NCBI RefSeq assembly: GCF_006345805.1
Contig: NC_043000.1
Coordinates: 109,616,001-109,680,000, forward strand
Length of the DNA stretch: 64,000 bases
Source of the DNA: Octopus sinensis
Taxonomy: Eukaryota
Reading direction: 5' to 3'
A program made the translations under genes and the position numbers. A model generated the notes under the pieces. That model worked only from the letters and a program-made list of their open reading frames with translations. It searched no databases and was not told where the DNA came from. How positions within the stretch are numbered: position 1 is the first letter of the stretch; each line of letters starts with the position of its first letter. Below are positions 38,110 to 51,066 of the stretch, in pieces.

Positions 38110-38202
38110 GTGAATGATGAGTTACAAATTCCTCCAACTAGAGTACTGCAGTTGAATTTAAACAACTCAGACGTTGAACCAGAGCAGTTTGTCTTTCATT
38201 AG
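38110..38202 (+). CDS. DRC1: DRC1 exon 19 (terminal)
   Basis: cag|VNDELQIPPTRVLQLNLNNSDVEPEQFVFH*; aligns to human INSELQVPPTQVL. The 19 exons sum to 2388 nt (795 aa + stop) with consistent phases. Confidence 0.96.
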   Translation: MNDELQIPPTRVLQLNLNNSDVEPEQFVFH

Positions 38203-38654
38203 TCATTGACAATTCTTATTTTTAAAAGAAATAATAATTTGTTGGGGCTGTAAAAAAAAAAAGAAAAGTATAAAGAGAATTAAAACCACCTGAAATGGAA
38301 AACAGATTTTGTTGGTTCTTTTTGTTGAATTGTGAAAGAGTAAAAGTTTTAATACAATGAGAGAAAACTATAAACAAACGTCTCTGTTGGCAATAATGAA
38401 TCCATTGGGAAGTTTTAATACAATGCTACACTGATGGACAGACCAAGTTGACTGAAACCAATTTCAATTTCAAAATTGCAATTACCATAGTTAATGGGTT
38501 ACGAGAAAAATGCAAACCCAGCCCCCCCCCCTCCCCCCATCCTACAGTTATGTTGCAGCTTTTTGTCTGTATATATTGGAATATAAGGTGGAGGAGGAGG
38601 AGGAGGAGAAAATGAAAAAGAAGGAGGAGAAGAAGAAGAAGAAGAAGAAGAATG

Positions 38655-38745
38655 AAACTTCTTAATTCTTCTGGTATATTCAGAAGAAATTTTCTCCATT
38701 TTGGTATTCAGCATTTGGCCCAATTGTAAAACCCCAAGATACCTG
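38655..38745 (-). mobile_element. R4/Dong-like LINE RT fragment
   Basis: YLGVLQLGQMLNTKMEKISSEYTRRIKK resembles the YKYLG...EY.RR motif of R4-clade elements. Confidence 0.55.
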
Positions 38746-39282
38746 TAACACTCTCCATTCCCTTCTCTTAATCACTCATCGTCTGGAAGCTGCACTCTGC
38801 TGCTGTCTACTTTTCAGCCTCACCTTAGTTCAGTAACAGCGCATTTCTCTACAACAAATTCTATCTGGATGTCTTAAGAAGAAATTTGTACAGACTGAAG
38901 AAGGGAAATGATGATTTAAAGATTGCATCCTTTTATAAACTGGAAACTATTTTTCCTGCATATATGTTGTTTGTTCCTTCTCCAGCTACGCCTGGCTCGT
39001 AAGGGTCAGTTTCCCAGGTTTCACACACATCACCTGGTCTGAGATTCGAACCTGCAATATCTTGACTGTGAGTCCGCTGCTCTAACCACTAGACCATGTG
39101 CCTCCATTTCCTGCATATATGCTGCTGAAAATTGGATGCTTCTAAAATGCCTCAAGTATGGTATTTTGTTTATATCGGCTGACAGATGGTCTTGGAAAAC
39201 ACATGAGTGTCACAATTTCTCATTGTGTCGCTTCATTTAAATCCTGAAGAAGTTTAGTGGTTGTAGTTTTATCAGCCCTCAG

Positions 39283-39411
39283 TCTTCTTCTTCTTCTTCT
39301 TCTTCTTCTTCTTCTTCTTCTTCTTCTTCTTCTTCTTCTTCTTCTTCATCATCATCATCACCATCATCATCATCACCATCTTCACCATCATCATCATCAC
39401 CATCATCATCA
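39283..39411. repeat. (CTT)n-(CAT/CAC)n compound microsatellite
   Basis: Direct read. Confidence 0.95.
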
Positions 39412-39559
39412 TTTAGTGTCCATGTTCCATGCTGGCATGGGTTGAATGGGAAGATATGTATGAACTGCTATTTTTCCTTTTCCAGTGAGGTAAATAAAAA
39501 GTAAGAGCCTTTATCGTTTGCTGAAACAGCTTAGATTTTTCAGCTTGCCAAGGATTTTG

Positions 39560-39975
39560 CTTTCACTTTACAGCCATCATCATCTGCACTGGTCATCTGG
39601 CTCGACCAGTCTCGTGGCAACAGGCCACTATGGCCTTCCATCTTTCTCAGTCTTCCATAAGGGTTGGAGTTTGAAATCAGTTTGTGCCACAGCTGCACTT
39701 GTCATCTTTTAAGTTGGATCTCCTGGTTTCCTGTGGCCTACCTTTTTGTCTCTTCTCACCAGCTGAAAACCATGTTGTTGCAGTTCTTGCTAGGGTATTG
39801 CCCCTCATTTGTAGGACATGCCCTGCCAGCTGCATTTCTCAGCCCTTGATAACAGACTCAGGTGTCTCTGATGTTGGCTTTTTGAAGCACTTATTTGTTT
39901 GTGATCTTGTCTTACCATTTTGATGCCCAGGACATTTCAGAGACATCTTGGATGGAAATTACCAATCTGTTTTTC
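39560..39975 (-). mobile_element. Second RTE-family 3' fragment
   Basis: Minus strand gives decayed ..ILGIKW.DKITN...QLAGHVLQM...RQKGRP and ends in GATGATGAT. Confidence 0.65.
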
Positions 39976-41125
39976 AATCCTGGCAGTATTCTTGCATATG
40001 TCTGTCTTTGATATATCTCAATAGGAAAGAATCAAGTTTAGTAAACTTATGACGGATCACCTCTGCCATTCCGTCTTAAAATCAATATGTGCCCTACTGA
40101 AACTTACATGATCATTGATTTTTGAAATATACAATGTTACTTTGATCACGATTATCAAATATTAATAAAGAAAAAGAGAACCAAAAAACATTAAAAAAAA
40201 AGGAAAATAGCTCACATAAATAAATGACTTCATGAATAAATTATTCCAATGTTAAGAATAGGTTTAGTGACACAAATAGGAAAATGGAACTGAAAACATG
40301 AGGATGAACATTTGTTTTTTATTTTTATTTTTATTTAATCAGTGGAAATTACAGATTCAAGGGCAGCTGCTGCTACTGCTACTGCTAGTGGTGGTGACAG
40401 CAGTAGTGGTGATGGTGAATATTGTGGTGGTGGTGGTGGTGGTGGCAATAGTGACGGTAATAATGTTTGTGGCAGCAATGACGACAATATGACAAGTATC
40501 GATCGATCGATTGATTGATTGATTGATGATTGATTGTAACTTAACAAGCAACTTGAATGTTTAGAGGCTGTTTGATAGGTTTCATGAATATTGTATGTAC
40601 ATCTCCAGTCAAGCAAATGAATAACGCCCATGGTCCAAAAAATAAAATGAAAATAAAATACCAAACACTGGTAACCATGTTATTAACTCCATGAAAGAGG
40701 AAGAATCAAGTGACAACAGGTAAAAATGACAGAAATGGATAAGTAATCGTTTAATATGAACGTACTGTAATCACGTTGTATCATCATCATCATCGTCTTC
40801 GTCTTTGTTTTAGTATCTGCTTTCCTATACTTCCTTGGGTTGAATGGAATTTGTTGAGGTAGATTTTGTACGGCTGGTTGCTCTTCCTGTCACCAACTCT
40901 CATCTGTTTTCACCTAAGATAATATTTCCTCATGACCAGACATGACTCAGAAAACTGGCTGTGAAGGACACCACCTGAAAGGTGGTGATACTTGCTTACC
41001 ACTGTCACATTATGTCAAGACAAGGAGACACACACACGTGCACACACATGCGAACAAAGACACAGAAACATACACACATGCAAACACAGACACACACATG
41101 CACACGCAGACACACTCACGCACAA

Positions 41126-42067
41126 ACTGCCATGCTACACGGCAATGAAACATGGGCCATGACTGCTGAGGACATGTGTAGGCTAGAAAGAAATGAAGCT
41201 AGTCTGATCTGCTGGATGCATAATGTCAGTGTGCATACACAACAAAGTTTGAGCACAATGAGAGAAAAGTTGGACATAAGAAGCATCAAATGTGGTGTGC
41301 AAGAGAGGCGTCTGCACTGGTATGGCCATGTGTTATGCATGGATGAGGACAGCTGTGTGAGGAAGTGCCACTCCCTAACTGTGGAAGGAACCTGTGGAAG
41401 AGGTAGACCCAGGAAGATATGGGATGAGGTGGTGAAGCATGACCTTTGAACGGAGTTTCTCTATATGTCTCCAATGGGCCTCACAGAGGCAATGACAGGA
41501 GTCCAAGACCTTTGGAGATATGCTGCGATTGAGAAGACCCGGCAACTAAAGTGAGATAGCATTCATGGCTGATGCCAGTGTTGCATGTCCAACCCATTTA
41601 AAAGTACCCTTGATGCATTGAGCAATATGATATGCTTGAGAAGACCTACCGAGTCAAGAAAAACCAAAATCGTAGCTGTGGCCAGTGACCCCTGACCAGC
41701 TCCCATGCCGGTGGTACATAAAATGCAGCATCCAAACATGGTCAATGCCAATGACCCCAGACTGGCTCCTGTGCCGGTGGCATGTAAAATGTACCATCCG
41801 AATGTGCCCCCTGACTGGCTCCCATGGACATAAAAAGCACTATCCAAACGTGATCAATGCCAAGGTCACCTAAATGGCTCCTGTGCTGGTGGCATGTAAA
41901 AAGCACCCACTACACTCTCAGAGTGGTTGGTATTAGGAAGGGCATCCAGCTGTAGAAACTCTGCCAGATCAGATTGGAACCTGGTGCAGCCGCTGGCTTT
42001 CCAAACCTCAGTCAAACTGTCCAACCCAGGCCAGCATGGAAAACGGACATTAAATGATGATGATGAT
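41126..42067 (+). mobile_element. RTE-clade LINE, 5'-truncated (ORF C-terminus + 3' UTR + (GAT)n tail)
   Basis: MLHGNETWA...RRLHWYGHVLCM...GRGRPRKIWDEVVKHDL. Its 3' UTR is the source of the many ...AAACGGACGTTAAA(CGAT)GATGAT copies in the window. Confidence 0.9.
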
Positions 42068-43396
42068 ATATGATGGGCTTCTTTCAGTTTCCATCTACCG
42101 AGTCCACTCACAACGCTTTGGTTAGCCCATGGTACCAAGACTATCCAAGACTACATGAACCAGACTAACAGTTCTTATTGAGGGTTACCACCAATAATTG
42201 TACAAAATAGGTTTCCACCACGATGGCCTTTCAGTTGTTCAATCAACTGAAGACAAAGTTTTCTTTTCTGGGAGGATTCTGGATTTGTGAGCAAATTCTG
42301 GAAAAGAAGCACTGAGAAATGGTAATGTAATTTCAAGACAGACAACCATTAACACTTAAAATCATCATCATCATCATCATCATAATTGTTTAATGTGCTC
42401 TTTTCCATTCTCACATGGGTCAAACAGAATATATGTTAAGACAGGTTTTCTATGGCTGGATGCCATTCCTGTTGATAACCTTTACCTGTTTCCGAGCAAG
42501 GAAATATTTCCCTTCCTTGGCCAGACATGTTTTTCTTGGAAGACTGAAAATGAACAACATCGCTTGTATGAAGGTGATGCTCATTTACAACCATGATGTG
42601 AAGACAAGCATACACACTCACATACACACGCACACACACACACACATACACACATATGTATGTATAGGACAAGCTTTTTACAGTTTGCTTTTAGTCACTC
42701 ATAAGGCTTTGGTCAGCCGAGGGCAATTGTAGAAGGTGGAAGACACTTGCACGAGGTGCCGTGCAGTAGGACTGAGTCCAAGACCCCATGATTGACAAGC
42801 AAGCTTCTGAACCACAGTCATACCTACACCTTAATATATACATTTGTGTGTATGTGTGTGTGTAGACATACATACATACAAACATCCACACACACATATA
42901 CAAACATACATACACACACATTCATCTATCCATCCATCCATCCATCCATACATACATACACATTCATACATACGTACATACATAGTCATACACACACACA
43001 CACACAGATATATGCATTTAGATATTCATTTATATTTAGGTTAGTTAAACCATTATTACTCATTATTCTACATTTTATTACTCACACTTGCTTTTCTATT
43101 TGGAAAACTGCCAAAGTATTTCCTACACATAAAAATAATTTAGTTTCTGATGTAAAAAAACAAAAACCAAACAAAACGAAACAATGGATCAATTAGTTTA
43201 TTAAATACATGTAGTAACACAAAACAAAACTTTTTTATTAATTAATCGACATAGCTTCCAACCAAATTAAACAACAATCACTCGGCTGCTTTGATGATAT
43301 TCAAACAAAAGAAATTGATGATTATTGACACAAAAGATGAATTTCATATAGACATCACAAATAATACAATATTATGGCTTTAATACATAAGGAATC

Positions 43397-43925
43397 ATCA
43401 TCATCATCATCATCATCGTTTAATGTCTGCTTTCCATGCTAGCATGGGTTGGACAATTTGATTGAGATCTATTGAACCAGACTCCAATCTGATTTGGCAG
43501 AGTTTCTACAGCTGGACGCCCTTCCTAATGCCAACCACTCCGAGAATGTAGTGGGTGCTTTTTACGTGCCACTGGCATGGGGGCCAGTCAGGCGGTACTG
43601 GCAATGACCTTGCTCAAATCTCTTTACACATGCCACCGGCACAGGTGCCAGTAAGGTGATGTTGGTGACAATCACGCTTGAATGGTGCCCTTTTATGTGC
43701 CACCAGCACAGAGCCAATTAGCCACTCTGGCACAGGTGCCAGTAAGGCGATATTGGTAACGATCACGCTTGAATGGTGCCCTTTTACGTGCCACTGGCAC
43801 CCTACGACCACAGGAACAGGTGCCAGTAAGGCAATGTTGGTAACGATCACGCTCGAATGGTGCCCTTTTACGTGCCACCGGCATGGAAGCCAGTTAGCCG
43901 CTCTGGCAACGATCACACTCGTATG
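43397..43925 (-). mobile_element. RTE 3'-UTR-derived repeat with three internal ~65-bp tandem units
   Basis: Repeated CACAGGTGCCAGTAAGG...GATCACGCTTGAATGGTGCCCTTTTA. Confidence 0.8.
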
Positions 43926-44504
43926 GTACTCAAGAAATCAATTAGATAAAAAGTCTATTTTTATAATAAAGCAGTGAGATAGTAGAATCACTAACACACT
44001 GGACAAAATGTTGAGCAGAATTCCTTCCGGCTCTTTATATTCTGAGTTCAAAATCCTGCCAAGACCAACTTTGCTTTTTATTCCTTCAGGAGGTTAATAA
44101 AATGAAGTACAGGGATATAATTGACTTGTCCCTTTTCCTCAAAATAAATAACTAAGATCACAACAATCCCTATACAGAGAGATTGATGTGATCCCTGTTC
44201 AGGGAAATTGCTGTGATTGCAATCACATATGCACCATGGAAACCAGGTAAACCAGCCTTATGAATTCTATGGCCTAAGAAAACGAATATATATCTATAAT
44301 AGGTCTCATTTTGTCCTTCTTGCACACTGACATTGCTCATCCAGTGGAGCATGCTGACCTCATTCCTTTCAAGCCTTCGCATGTTCTCTGCAGTCAAGTA
44401 CTCTAATGATGATCATTTCTTGGCCTAATGTCATCCCTGGCTGAGTAGACACAATCAAAATTATTCCAGTTGTAATCAACCCAATTATTCAGACATACTG
44501 TATC

Positions 44505-44881
44505 GAGATTATTTACATTATTTACATTTGACAGATATTTGTCCTCATCTTGTTTGTTGTTGTTAACACGTTTCAGCTGACATACCCTCCAGCCTTCATC
44601 AGGAGTCTTGGGGTATATGGCTTAGTGGTTAAGAGCGCAGGCAATTAACCCTAAGATTCCGAGTTTGATTCCAGGTAGTGACCTGAATAACAATAATAAT
44701 AATAAAAACATCGAAAAATACCTTAGGAATGAGAACCTAGGTTCGAAATTTCCCCAAGACACCTGAGAAAGGCTGGAGGGTATATCAGCCGAAATGTTAA
44801 CAAACAAGATGAGGACAAATATCCGTCAAATATAAATAGTGTACATAATTCCTCATCTCTTAACTATAGAACTGTATTATG
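44505..44881 (+). mobile_element. Same hammerhead retroelement family, with tRNA-like head between inverted arms
   Basis: Head has A-box GGCTTAGTGGTT and B-box GAGTTTGATTCC at ~44619-44675. Both arms carry decayed hammerheads (44565-44607 minus; ~44758-44800 plus). CTGTATC is duplicated at the flanks. Confidence 0.75.
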
Positions 44882-44919
44882 CTGTATCTAGGACTACATT
44901 CCTCTGTTTTGGTCTAAAA

Positions 44920-45140
44920 GACTATAATAGACAAGAGGCGGCTGAGAACAGAGTCGTGGTGAATTCCTACCTGCATACTAAATTTGTTGCCATACTCATT
45001 GTTGACTTTCACCTTTCTGACAACAACCCTGTACATGGCTTGGACAGCTCTCACAAGCCACTCATCTGCCCTTAGCTTCCATAGTGACCACCAGATGAAG
45101 GATCGAGGAACCCTATCAAAGGCTTTCTCCTTAACCAATA
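44920..45140 (-). mobile_element. RTE reverse-transcriptase fragment
   Basis: KAFDRVPRSFIWWSL...WLVRAVQAMY...VGIHHDSVLSRLL (decayed KAFD and GVHQGSVLSPLLF motifs). Confidence 0.85.
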
Positions 45141-45448
45141 CCAAGTACAATGTTTTATTTCTGGCTAAATGCTTCCTGAAGTTGCCTTGCTTGCAAGAGA
45201 GAACCAGTAGTGTGTTTCCCTGGCACAAGACCAAACTGCATCTCATCTAGGTTAACCCTCTCCCTAATTAGTTGAGCAATGACCCAATCCAGAAATTTGA
45301 TAATATAGATTGTTAAAAAAAAAATGAGTTGAGGATTTGTTTATTTGTTAGTCTAGCGGTATTTAGTAATGGCTCTTCACATTTTGAATTCTGGTGAGGT
45401 CGGTTTTGCATTTCACCTCTTTGGGTCAAAAGAAATTAGAACTAGTCA

Positions 45449-45810
45449 ATGACCAACTACATTTTCCATCTTGAGGCGTTCAAAACGTTTGGTGGGATCG
45501 AACCACTAACTGCAAGATTCCTTTCTTCACTGGCAACACGCCTTGCAGAGGTAACTGGTGAGGCTCATGAGGGCGCCTGGCTGTCCCAGCGCATCAGCCT
45601 CGCCATTACCCGCGGCAACGCTGCAAGCGTGCTGGCATGTCTCAATAGCCATTAGAGAGGTTTCCCAGCGACCCTCAACTTTTCAACCCAAGATGGTGAA
45701 TTGTGTTGGGGTTTTTTTTCTTTTTCTTTTTAATTTTTTCAATGTGTTCACTGTTTTGTCCAGTTTTCTAATTTAATTTGTGAAATGGTAAACACTGTGA
45801 AGGCAATAAA
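45449..45810 (+). mobile_element. CRE-like non-LTR retrotransposon 3' end (REL endonuclease C-terminus + UTR)
   Basis: YIFHLEAFKTFG...FLSSLATRLAEVTG...WLSQRISLAITRGNAASVL; GC- and CpG-rich; AATAAA at ~45804. Confidence 0.7.
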
Positions 45811-47971
45811 ACTTGTGTATTTCTCTAATGACGATCGTTGCTTAGTCCAATGTCATCCCTGGCTGAGCAGACACGATCAAAATTATTCCAGTTATAATCA
45901 ACCTAATTATTCAGACATACTGTATCTAGGATTACATTATCCAATACAGGATTCCTTTTTCTTTTTTTTTTAAGATGTAGGATGCAGTTTGTGAGCAATA
46001 TGACTGCTATTTCTAGCAGACTGAACAAAGGGCTCTCTTGTTAGAACAACTCTTCGTGCTGTTAGGATTGTGTGTTTGTGTGTGGCGAGTATGTATGTGA
46101 GTGTTTACTCCGCTGAAATGTTAAATGCTAAAATGGGTTAATACGTTAACACCAGTCAAAGATCTTTTTAAAGAAAGAAACCATTCTGTAATGTCTACAT
46201 GTGTGTATATGTGTATGCATGTAAGACTATACGTCTAAGCGCGAATACGTGAAATCGAGCCGGTGCGTGAGTAAGGTGGAGAGTGGGTGAATCCTGCTGT
46301 CGGCGACACCGATAACTGGATCCTTTCTAAACTCTTAGGTCGACTACGTTGGATGATTGGAGGCGAGTGATAATGAAAGTTCGGCAATAACACCAACAAA
46401 CAGATCACTGGTATGAATAACTATTAATAACTTCACTAATTACACCAATTAATAACTTTATTATAAAAATTATTTGGTTTGTTTTACATAAATTTGGGTG
46501 AGAGGAGGACAATGTGAGGACCCCCCACCTCCCAGCTTACAAAACACCGTTAACTTTAGCAATAGCAACAACAACAGTAACTATTATAGTTCTAACATTA
46601 GCAACAACAGCCAAAATATTAAATGGATTCATAACCTAATAAAGTAACAACGACTGCGAAGTATTACGAAAATAACAGCCACGACAGCAACATTGGCACG
46701 AATAACCGCAATAGCGGCATTACAAACATCAACATTCATAAACTTCTTAACCCTTTTTGCTTGTCTTGTGTATTACATGATAAACGGAACATATTTCCTT
46801 GGCGTCCGTCTATCATGTATGCTATCCATTACTATTTATTCTTTCAACCACCAAACTTGGGTCTTGTGAAAGGCAAGTTTTATATCACTGAGAACGATTG
46901 GAACATTGCTTAATTAAAAGCCTGAAAAACTAACTTATGAAAACGCTTTTAACAGGCAAATAATTATTATTAATTAACAGTATTAATTAACGAGTGGTTC
47001 GTTTCCTTTTACTTCCATGCAATCCTGTCGAGGTTCTCTTTATTTGCTCTCTTTATCGAATTAACCCCTCGCTCTTTTCTTCTAATATATTGAATTTTTC
47101 ATCCCGAAAGTACTATCTGTATGTTCTCTCTCTCTCTTTCTCTACGGGGGCACCTGGTTCTCTTTTCTATTTGCAGACCTTTTTTTTGTTTTCATTTTGT
47201 CCCTTGGACAATTCTCTCTCTCTCTCTCTTTTTTGTTCTATATCTCTTGAATCGTAGAGGAAGGCAAACTGTCCCTTCTCTCTAACTTCTATATCAGTTT
47301 CCCCCTCTCCAATTTTCGTTTCTTCTCTCTCTCTTTTTGTTCTGTGACGTAGATATTTCTCTCTTTCTGTTACTTACACCCTCTCTCTGTCTTTATCTCT
47401 CTCTCTCTCCCTCACACTAATTCGTTTCTCTGAGGCGAGAGTGACAGCAGTTCTTATCTCTCTATCACTTCCCCCTCTCTCTTCCTTTCTTCATCATTTT
47501 CCCTACTCCACCTCTATATGTCGCACTCTATCTATCTTTCTCTTTGTATCGTTACTATTCCTCCCTCTCTCACTTTCGCCTCCTCTTCCCTATACATTAC
47601 TTTACTTCTCTTCGTGTCTCCCCCCCTCTCTATCATCCTTTAACACACACTAATCTTGTAATGGGCTCTATCGATCTAAATCCTCTTGTTTATTTCATAA
47701 ACTTCTAATTAGTTGGTTCGAATCCTCCTCACAGACTCATTACCTCCCAACCAAACATAAACAAACTAAAATTGCAACTTTTCACTGGGTAACTTCACCA
47801 AACTTTTAATATTATTTCCATAATTAAATCATTCTAAGTTTTCGTTCTTTTACTTCGGAAAAGAATTTAATTTATAAAATCGGGCATGTATCTTTAATAT
47901 TTTTTAATTAATAAAAAATTTGATATGTAAAAGAAAATATAATTTACATTTAATATATAATTACGCGCATC

Positions 47972-48198
47972 ATAGATAGATAGATAGATAGATAGATATC
48001 TGTACAGATAAATAGATAGATAGATAGATAGATAGATTAAATAGATAGATAGATTAAATAGATAGACAGACAGGCAGATAGATAGATATATAGATAGATA
48101 GAAAGACAGATAGATAGGTAGGTAGATAGATAGATAGATAGATAGAAAGACAGATAGATAGATAGAAAGACAGATAGATAGGTAGATAGGTAGGTAGA

Positions 48199-48230
<32 letters not shown>

Positions 48231-48238
48231 TAGATAGG
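47972..48238. repeat. (GATA/GACA/GGTA)n tetranucleotide array
   Basis: Direct read. Confidence 0.95.
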
Positions 48239-49335
48239 AATAAAAGAAACCCGGACTGCTTGACTATATGTGTATGTTTATATATTAAATGCCTATAATT
48301 ACGTGTACCTACAAACGTCTTTATCAATGTGTGTGTGTGAGATAGAGAGAGAGAGAAAGACAGGAGGTGACGACGGAAGTGGAAAGTTGATATAATAAAA
48401 ATAAATATAAAAACTAATCGACAAATGAACAGCAAAAACGGGAAAGCAAAACCTTTGTCAGTTGTGTCTGGACAGAGTGTGCTTGTGTCAACATATTTAC
48501 TTTTAAAGCAAGGATAACGATGGAAATGAGGTTGTTGTCGAAGCCTGGCATGACCAACTCAAGTGACCCCTGACTGACGGACAGTCAAATGGGTTTTGCT
48601 GGTTAATTAAATTTATTAATTAACTTTTTGGTCAGAAGTTTCGCTGGTCGGGTCACATTTCAAGCTATATACACTTAACTGGTTCCTCCCTTCTCTGTCT
48701 CTCACCAAGCTAACCTCTGACTATATTTCATATATATTATTATTACTCCGGAGCTGAGTTACTGAACAACTTTCTTCCTTCTACACCACTTACAAATTAC
48801 AACAAGACATTCTTCGTTTGAGTTCTGCGGCGGCGATTTTTTTACCCTTTTTTCTGAATACTTTGTACACCACTTCGTGGTAAGTCACACTTCTTATATA
48901 TATATATGTATATATATAAATTTAAAATGAGGGTGAGAAATTAGATATTAATTTAATTAACATCGATTTCACACCAGTGGTCTAGCATATAAAAAGACTG
49001 AAGGTTCAGTAAAATTGTATTGTATACATATTAGAGGATCTATTTCTAGCATATGGGTGTCCACATAGCGGTTTCCCTCTAATATGTATATATGTATGTA
49101 TATGTATACACAAACAATGTATCTATGTATGTGACTACACAACTTTGCCTATATGTATATATATGTCATGTTCTTTTATTGTTTACTGGGGTTTGGGACT
49201 CCAATACTTATTGTTACAGTTCAGAGCCCTTTATCGATTTCTAAGTATCGGACGGTGACGTTAAAGGATGTAAAGGAACAGAACAACGTAAACAAATGCC
49301 GGATTTGAGACCGGTAGAGTATAAACAGAAAATAC

Positions 49336-49337
49336 AA

Positions 49338-49369
<32 letters not shown>

Positions 49370-49380
49370 GTATATATATA

Positions 49381-49428
<48 letters not shown>
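49336..49428. repeat. (CA)n-(TA)n microsatellite
   Basis: Direct read. Confidence 0.95.
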
Positions 49429-49431
<3 letters not shown>

Positions 49432-50461
49432 TATGTGTGTATGTATATATGACACGGTTTCCGCAGAGTTTCCGTCTAACAAATTCCACACACACAAATA
49501 TACATCTAGGAGGGTTTCCGCAAAATTTCTGTCTATCGAATGTTTTATATTTTGTTCCCACCCCAATTCCGTGGCCTATTCCGGTGAATTGTTATTACAC
49601 CCGTCTGGTGAGGCGGGTGTAATCGTAAAATAATACTATTTTCTTCGGATGTATGCGTTTGAAGCAACATAGAATACAATTCTGTTAAAAGAAAAAGTTC
49701 TGGGGGGGGGGGGGGTGATTCGGTGACAGTAAAGAATACGCACACCCGATGTTTAGGGGTAGGGATTTTGTTACACCGAAAACGGGTGGTGAATGTATTC
49801 TTTACCCCTGCCGATGATTCTACCCACTTTCTTTCCACAATCTTTCACATTTCATGTTCTTTCGAAAGTTTTTCAGATTTATTCTAAGTCAGATCTCAAA
49901 AAAGACATAAGGAGAGCGGGACAGAATCACCTTTCCCATTATGGTGCCTTAAATATACACATTCGAAGAGAGTACTCGGATAATTCCTTATTCTATTCTG
50001 TACGAATATCAGTTAGGATCTTTTCTGTTTGTTCTTCTTCTCCCAATTTTATTAGTCAAATTTAGACTAGAAAACACCCAACCAAGGGAAGGAACGTGTA
50101 TGGTAATCGAACCCTCATGCACTTATCCTGAAAGCGAACCGGTTAACACCGCATCCAACACACACACACACACACACACTCTCTCTCTCTCATATATATA
50201 TATAACTTGTTTCAGTCATTTGACTGCGACCTAGCTGGAGTACCGTCTTTAGTCGAACAAATCGGCTCCAGAACTTATTCATTGTAAACTTAGTACTTAT
50301 TCTATCGGTCTCTTTTGCCGAAGAATGCCTTTATATATATATGCGACGGGCTTCTTTCAGTTTCCGTCTACCAAATCCACTCACAAGGCTTTGATTAGCC
50401 CGAGGCTATAGTATAAGACACTTGCCCAAGGTGTCACACATATATATCGTCGTTTTAATAA

Positions 50462-50669
50462 AGGCGGCGAACTGGCAGAAACGTTAGCACGCCAGGCGAA
50501 ATGCTTGTTCTGAGTTCAAATTCCGCCGAGGTCGACTTAGCCTTTCATCCTTTCGGGGTCGATCAAATAAGTACCAGTTACGCACTGGGGTCGATGTAAT
50601 CGACTTAGTCCCTTTGTCTGTCATTGTTTGTCCTCTCCGTGTTTAGCCCCTTGTGGGCAATAAAGAATT
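50462..50669 (+). mobile_element. tRNA-derived SINE (same family), CpGs largely intact
   Basis: Head, core and tail are recognisable; small internal deletion. Confidence 0.85.
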
Positions 50670-51066
50670 AAATGTTCCTGCTTGTATGGGACAAATAGAA
50701 TTCGTTGAGGCAAGTTTTCTACAGCCAGATGCCCATCTTGTCGCCAACCTTGACCCGTTTCTAAACAATCTTTCAACCCCCACCCTCATTGTGACAGGAC
50801 TTTATTTTGACAGATGAATGAAAATAAATTACACCGTCTGTCTAACGGTGACACTAGTTTACAACTATTAGAAAGTCCACATGTGAGCCCGGTTTGGGAT
50901 TATTTCATCGACTGAATCTACTCAGAAGACTGCCTTGGGGTTATAATAGAAGATACTTGCTCAAGGTGCCATGCAGTGGGATTTGAACATGGAACTTTGA
51001 GGTTGGGAACCGATCTTCTTAATCACACAAACATATATAGTCAGTGCATACACACATATGTATATA

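Noticed and set aside
44401-44505. ATGATGA...CTGA block repeated at 45822-45926; possible C/D snoRNA pair
   Set aside because: C-to-D span is only 39 nt; the copies are ~85% identical along their whole length and behave like a dispersed repeat.
44619-44680. tRNA gene
   Set aside because: Has A/B boxes but no complete cloverleaf; it is a SINE head, as are the other tRNA-like heads in the window.
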